From Rhodoferax sp. (GTDB lineage: Bacteria; Pseudomonadota; Gammaproteobacteria; Burkholderiales; Burkholderiaceae_C), in the NCBI GenBank assembly GCA_049301075.1, contig JBAQKO010000064.1:1-49663 (forward strand): a stretch of DNA of 49,663 nucleotides. The letters are read 5' to 3'. Below, piece after piece: positions 45,843-49,663 of this stretch. Position 1 is the first letter of the stretch. Every line of letters begins with the position of its first letter. A model generated the notes under the pieces. It saw nothing but the letters and a program-made list of their open reading frames with translations, was not told where the DNA came from and did not search any database. The translations under genes and the position numbers were made by a program.

Positions 45843-46955
45843 ATGTTCAACAATGCATACGCCGGCAAGACGGTGCTTATTACCGGACATACTGGCTTTA
45901 AAGGCTCGTGGCTGACGGCCTGGCTGCTGAAGCTTGGGGCGAAGGTTGTTGGCATTTCCAAAGACATTCCGACAGAACCCTCAATATTCGAGCAGCTTGA
46001 CCTCGCTGCTCGTATCCAGCACATTCAGGGTGATGTTCGCAACCTAGCGTTGGTCAAGGAGACGGTGAGTCGGGAACGACCAGATTATGTTTTCCACTTG
46101 GCGGCGCAGGCAATTGTCTCCGCGTCATATACTGATCCAGTGGAGACGATGTCCAGCAATGTGATGGGGACGCTAAATGTGCTCGAAGCCTTGAGGTCGC
46201 TGCAGAACGCTTGCGTTGCCGTGATGATTACCAGCGACAAGTGTTATGACAACGTTGAATGGCCCTGGGGTTACCGGGAAACAGATGCATTGGGTGGTAA
46301 GGATGTCTACAGCGGCTCAAAAGGCGCCGCAGAGCTGGTAATCAAGTCTTATGTGCACTCGTTTTTCCAGAACAATCATCCGGTGAGGCTTGTCATCGGG
46401 CGCGCCGGTAATGTCATTGGCGGCGGTGATTGGGCCAAAGATCGCATAGTCGCCGACTGTATGCGTGCCTGGAGCGAAGGGCGGAGAGTGGAAATCCGTA
46501 GTCCTGCAGCAACGCGGCCGTGGCAACACGTTCTGGAGCCATTGAGTGGCTACCTTGCATTGGGGCAGGCAGCCTCACATGAACCGAAGCTCCATGGCAA
46601 TGCGTTTAATTTCGGCCCCAGGGCCGAACAAAACCATACGGTTGTCAATCTGCTCGAAGATATTGGCCGTCGCTGGGGTTTTAACAGTTCAGATGATGCG
46701 TACGAGATCACGGCGAACGTGCCTTTTCACGAGGCCGGCCTGCTCAAACTGAATTGCGACAAGGCCCTGTTTCATTTCAAATGGGAATCCAATCTCGTCT
46801 ATCAAGAAACGATCCAGTTTGTCGGCGATTGGTATGCGGCATTTTATCGTGATCAAGCAGATATGTATGCCCTGACCATGGGGCAAATCGAAACCTACGA
46901 GAAAATTGCTACCGAGCGCCAGAGGGCTTGGGCCCGATCCACCGGCCTATGCTAG
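45843..46955 (+). CDS. rfbG: CDP-glucose 4,6-dehydratase
   Basis: TGHTGFKGSW, TSDKCY, YSGSK, RAGNVIGGGDW, RPWQHVLEPL, HEA; start moved to ATG 45843. Confidence 0.94.
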   Translation: MFNNAYAGKTVLITGHTGFKGSWLTAWLLKLGAKVVGISKDIPTEPSIFEQLDLAARIQHIQGDVRNLALVKETVSRERPDYVFHLAAQAIVSASYTDPVETMSSNVMGTLNVLEALRSLQNACVAVMITSDKCYDNVEWPWGYRETDALGGKDVYSGSKGAAELVIKSYVHSFFQNNHPVRLVIGRAGNVIGGGDWAKDRIVADCMRAWSEGRRVEIRSPAATRPWQHVLEPLSGYLALGQAASHEPKLHGNAFNFGPRAEQNHTVVNLLEDIGRRWGFNSSDDAYEITANVPFHEAGLLKLNCDKALFHFKWESNLVYQETIQFVGDWYAAFYRDQADMYALTMGQIETYEKIATERQRAWARSTGLC

Positions 46956-47410
46956 AGAGTCCTCAATCCAGTTGGATCCAGGGAGTATCGCTTTCGGAAT
47001 TGAAGCAAATTTCCGATGCGCGAGGATCTGTGCTGCACATGCTGCGCTGTGACGATCCGGCATTCACCAGGTTTGGAGAGTGCTACTTCTCCGAGGTATT
47101 GCCCGGTGCGATCAAGGCCTGGAAATACCACAGCGAACAAACGCAGAATCTGGCTGTGCCGGTGGGACGATTGCGTTTCGTGATTTTTGACGGCCGGGAG
47201 TCTTCGGCGAGCCGGGGTAATTTGCAGATCATTGAATTGGGCCGGCCGGATGCCTATTCCAGGCTGACGATTCCGCTTGGCCTTTGGTACGGGTTTGCCT
47301 GCGTTGGGGATGTCGCTGCCTTGTTGGTGAATTGTGCGGATTTGCCGCACCATCCCTCGGAGAGCCAGACCAGAGCCCTGGATGACCCCTTGATCCCTTA
47401 TCGTTGGTAG
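46949..47410 (+). CDS. RmlC-like cupin NDP-4-keto-6-deoxyhexose 3(,5)-epimerase
   Basis: DARG, FGECYFS, KAWKYH, DGRESS, IPLGLWYGF. Confidence 0.82.
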   Translation: MLESPQSSWIQGVSLSELKQISDARGSVLHMLRCDDPAFTRFGECYFSEVLPGAIKAWKYHSEQTQNLAVPVGRLRFVIFDGRESSASRGNLQIIELGRPDAYSRLTIPLGLWYGFACVGDVAALLVNCADLPHHPSESQTRALDDPLIPYRW

Positions 47411-47418
47411 CACATGCG

Positions 47419-48354
47419 ATGCACGAAATGCAGAATACCCGTAAGCGCTTGTTGATCGTTGGCGGGAATGGATTCATTGGCCGCCACATAGCGGCACACG
47501 CTCTGGCGCTGGGGTGGGACGTAAGCTCGCTGGGAATCTCGCCCCGGCCGCAGATCGGCAAGGCTCTCCCCGGTGTGCGCTATCTGACAGCGGATATTGC
47601 CGATGGGAGCGCACTGAAAGCAGCGCTGGGAAGTGCCGCGTTCGAGTATGTGGTGAATTGCGGAGGCTATATCGATCACGCAGGATTTTTTTCCGGTGGA
47701 AGGCGGGCGATTGATGTGCATTTCCTCGGGGTCCTGAATCTGGTGGAGACGCTCGATCGGGGTGTCTTAAGGGCGTTTGTCAACATAGGCAGCAGCGACG
47801 AATATGGAAGCGCGTCGGCGCCGCAGTCGGAAGCACAGCGGGAGCAGCCCATTTCTTCCTATTCATTGGGCAAGCTTGCCGCCACCCACTTCCTGCAGAT
47901 GCTCAGCCGCACAGAGGGTTACCCTGCCACAACCTTGCGCCTCTTTCTTACCTATGGGCCCGGGCAGGACCAGCGTCGATTTCTGCCCCAGATCATCAAG
48001 GGCTGCTTGGAGGGGCGTACCTTTGCGGCGTCTCAAGGCGAGCAGTTGCGGGATTTCTGTTTCGTCGGCGATACCGTGGCGGCAGTATTTGCAGCCTTGG
48101 CGCGGCGACCGGTGGGAGATGTGATCAACGTCGCCTCCGGGAAACCGGTCACGATTCGCGAGGTGATTGAGATGGTGCGGCGACTGATTGGAAAAGGTGA
48201 GCCTGATTTTGGGCAGATTGCCTACCGACCTGGTGAGAACATGAGCTTGTATGCCAATATCAGCAAGGCTAGAGCAATTCTGGGATGGGAGCCCGCGGTA
48301 CCTCTGGAGGCGGGTCTGGGCCTGACGATCCAATCACTGGTGGGTTCGGTGTGA
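47419..48354 (+). CDS. NAD-dependent epimerase/4-ketoreductase (extended SDR)
   Basis: GGNGFIG, GSSDEYG, YSLGK, YGPGQ, RDF; start uncertain (47404, 47419 or 47428). Confidence 0.85.
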   Translation: MHEMQNTRKRLLIVGGNGFIGRHIAAHALALGWDVSSLGISPRPQIGKALPGVRYLTADIADGSALKAALGSAAFEYVVNCGGYIDHAGFFSGGRRAIDVHFLGVLNLVETLDRGVLRAFVNIGSSDEYGSASAPQSEAQREQPISSYSLGKLAATHFLQMLSRTEGYPATTLRLFLTYGPGQDQRRFLPQIIKGCLEGRTFAASQGEQLRDFCFVGDTVAAVFAALARRPVGDVINVASGKPVTIREVIEMVRRLIGKGEPDFGQIAYRPGENMSLYANISKARAILGWEPAVPLEAGLGLTIQSLVGSV

Positions 48355-49247
48355 TGCGTGAACCGCTCGTGAGCATATTGATGAATTGCTTTAATGGAGA
48401 AAAGTATCTCCGGCAGGCGATAGACAGTGTCCTTGAGCAGAGTTACAGGAACTGGGAAATCATTTTTTGGGACAACCAGTCCACAGACGGCAGCGCAGAA
48501 ATATTCACGAGCTATCGTGACAGCCGGTTGAAATATTTTTATGCTCCTGAGCATACGCGGCTTTATGAAGCGCGAAACTGCGCAATGGAGAAGGCCGCGG
48601 GTGAACTGATCGCCTTCCTGGATGTCGATGACTGGTGGATGGCCAATAAGCTCGAAAAGCAGGTGCCGCTTTTTCAGGACCCGGACGTCGGCCTAGTGTG
48701 CGGCAACTATTGGGTTGTCAATGAAAGAAACGGCAGGCGATGGATATCGCTCAAAGAGCCGGCCCCGACAGGCCGGGTGCTCAACGAGCTGTTGCAGACC
48801 TATTTTGTGGGATTGCTGACGCTAGTGGTTAGGCGGGAGGCCTTGCGTTCCTTGGACTATCCGTGTGACGCCCGGTATCACATGATTGGAGATCTGGATC
48901 TGGTCGTCCGGCTGGCGGTTCACTGGAAATTGGATTGCGAGCAATCGCCGGTAGGGTTCTATCGCGCCCACGGCGGCAATGAAAGCTTGAAGCATCAAGG
49001 GCTGCATTTGACCGAATTGGAATGCTGGCTGGCTGAAATGAAAGAGGTTGCGGCCATTCGATCATGCCCGGGTTTTAGCGCGCTCCAGCGCAGCAGCCTG
49101 TACCAGCAAGCCATGCATCGACTGCTGCAGGCTGACAAAAAAGGGGCCTATTCCAGGTTGCGTGAACTGCCCTGGGGCAAGCCAAAACTGAGACTCCTCA
49201 TGGCACTGCTTCTGCCCATGGCCATCATCCGGAAACTAAAAAACTAA
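48354..49247 (+). CDS. GT2 glycosyltransferase
   Basis: VSILMNCFNGEKYL, DNQSTDGS, ARN, AFLDVDD; TGATG coupling with the upstream gene. Confidence 0.9.
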   Translation: MREPLVSILMNCFNGEKYLRQAIDSVLEQSYRNWEIIFWDNQSTDGSAEIFTSYRDSRLKYFYAPEHTRLYEARNCAMEKAAGELIAFLDVDDWWMANKLEKQVPLFQDPDVGLVCGNYWVVNERNGRRWISLKEPAPTGRVLNELLQTYFVGLLTLVVRREALRSLDYPCDARYHMIGDLDLVVRLAVHWKLDCEQSPVGFYRAHGGNESLKHQGLHLTELECWLAEMKEVAAIRSCPGFSALQRSSLYQQAMHRLLQADKKGAYSRLRELPWGKPKLRLLMALLLPMAIIRKLKN

Positions 49248-49432
49248 TCCTGAATTGCATCCGATCTATCGGGCTCATTCGATGTGATGATCAGATCGCT
49301 GGCGACTACAGTACTGGTTTCACAATTAACTTGATGGCAAAGCAGGTTCGGTATTTATCTCAATTGAAACCGCGTCCGCGGAAGGGGCGCATGTTTCATG
49401 TATCCCCTGCCGCCCCGAAAGACTGAAGCCAG

Positions 49433-49663
49433 ATGAAATTCATTAGAAGAAACATAATTGCCAACTACCTTGGTCAAGGGTGGACCGGCTTCATGGCGGT
49501 GGCATTTCTCCCCCTGTATGTGCAGTACCTTGGGGTCGAGGCCTATGGCCTGATCGGTCTTTTCGCGGTTTTGCAGGCGCTGGTGGCCATCTTGGATATG
49601 GGTATTGGAAACACCCTCAACAAGGAGATGGCGAGCTTTGCGCATGGCAAGCACAGCGCGCGC
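49433..49663 (+). CDS. wzx: Wzx-type oligosaccharide flippase, 5' part (runs off the window; absent from the ORF track)
   Basis: Own translation: MKFIRRNIIANYLGQGWTGFMAVAFLPLYVQYLGVEAYGLIGLFAVLQALVAILDMGIGNTLNKEMA, a typical MOP/Wzx N-terminus (LG.E.YG, DMG). Confidence 0.8.
   Translation, partial: MKFIRRNIIANYLGQGWTGFMAVAFLPLYVQYLGVEAYGLIGLFAVLQALVAILDMGIGNTLNKEMASFAHGKHSAR

Noticed and set aside
45056..48354. Abequose/paratose (3,6-dideoxyhexose) pathway
   Set aside because: No C-3 dehydratase or reductase (rfbH/rfbI) in the window, although they could lie outside it.
40773..49334. Identical 11-mer AATTAACTTGA in two intergenic regions (40773 and 49324)
   Set aside because: About one such match is expected by chance across a few kb of spacer, and it does not fit the IHF consensus spacing.
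49355..49654. 99-aa minus-strand ORF at the window end
   Set aside because: Antisense to the wzx N-terminus on the plus strand.
1..49663. CRISPR arrays, tRNA/rRNA genes, IS elements, integrases, defence systems
   Set aside because: No regularly spaced repeats, RNA-gene signatures, or transposase, integrase or nuclease motifs were seen by eye; almost all sequence is explained by CDSs.

Overview
High-GC betaproteobacterial DNA; gene content and order resemble Comamonadaceae (inferred, not proven). There are three blocks. (1) 1-2279: 3' end of a LIV-type ABC importer operon with an atypical PaaK-like AMP-binding protein. (2) 2298-10885: a compact lipid-storage locus. It combines a wax-ester pathway (two-domain fatty acyl-CoA reductase, WS/DGAT, acyl-CoA-binding protein, patatin lipase) with Pseudomonas-type PHA-granule parts (PhaF-like phasin, PhaD-like TetR, PHA_gran_rgn protein) and an RMDN-like TPR protein, yet no PHA synthase is in the window. 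(3) 10986-end: a >38 kb single-strand, mosaic surface-glycan cluster. It holds manC, a PglK/HetA-like ABC exporter, GDP-heptose genes wrapped around a NeuB-SAF-TIM synthase, a GDP-linked legionaminic-acid pathway with oxidoreductase/aminotransferase tailoring genes, two CMP-ulosonate synthetases, an AT3-SGNH O-acetyltransferase, two gmd paralogues, a CDP-linked C-methyl deoxysugar pathway, methyl- and glycosyltransferases, and the 5' part of a wzx flippase. No RNA genes, CRISPR arrays or transposases were recognised. Family calls come from motif recognition by eye, not database searches. Several starts were moved from the ORF track to more plausible codons.
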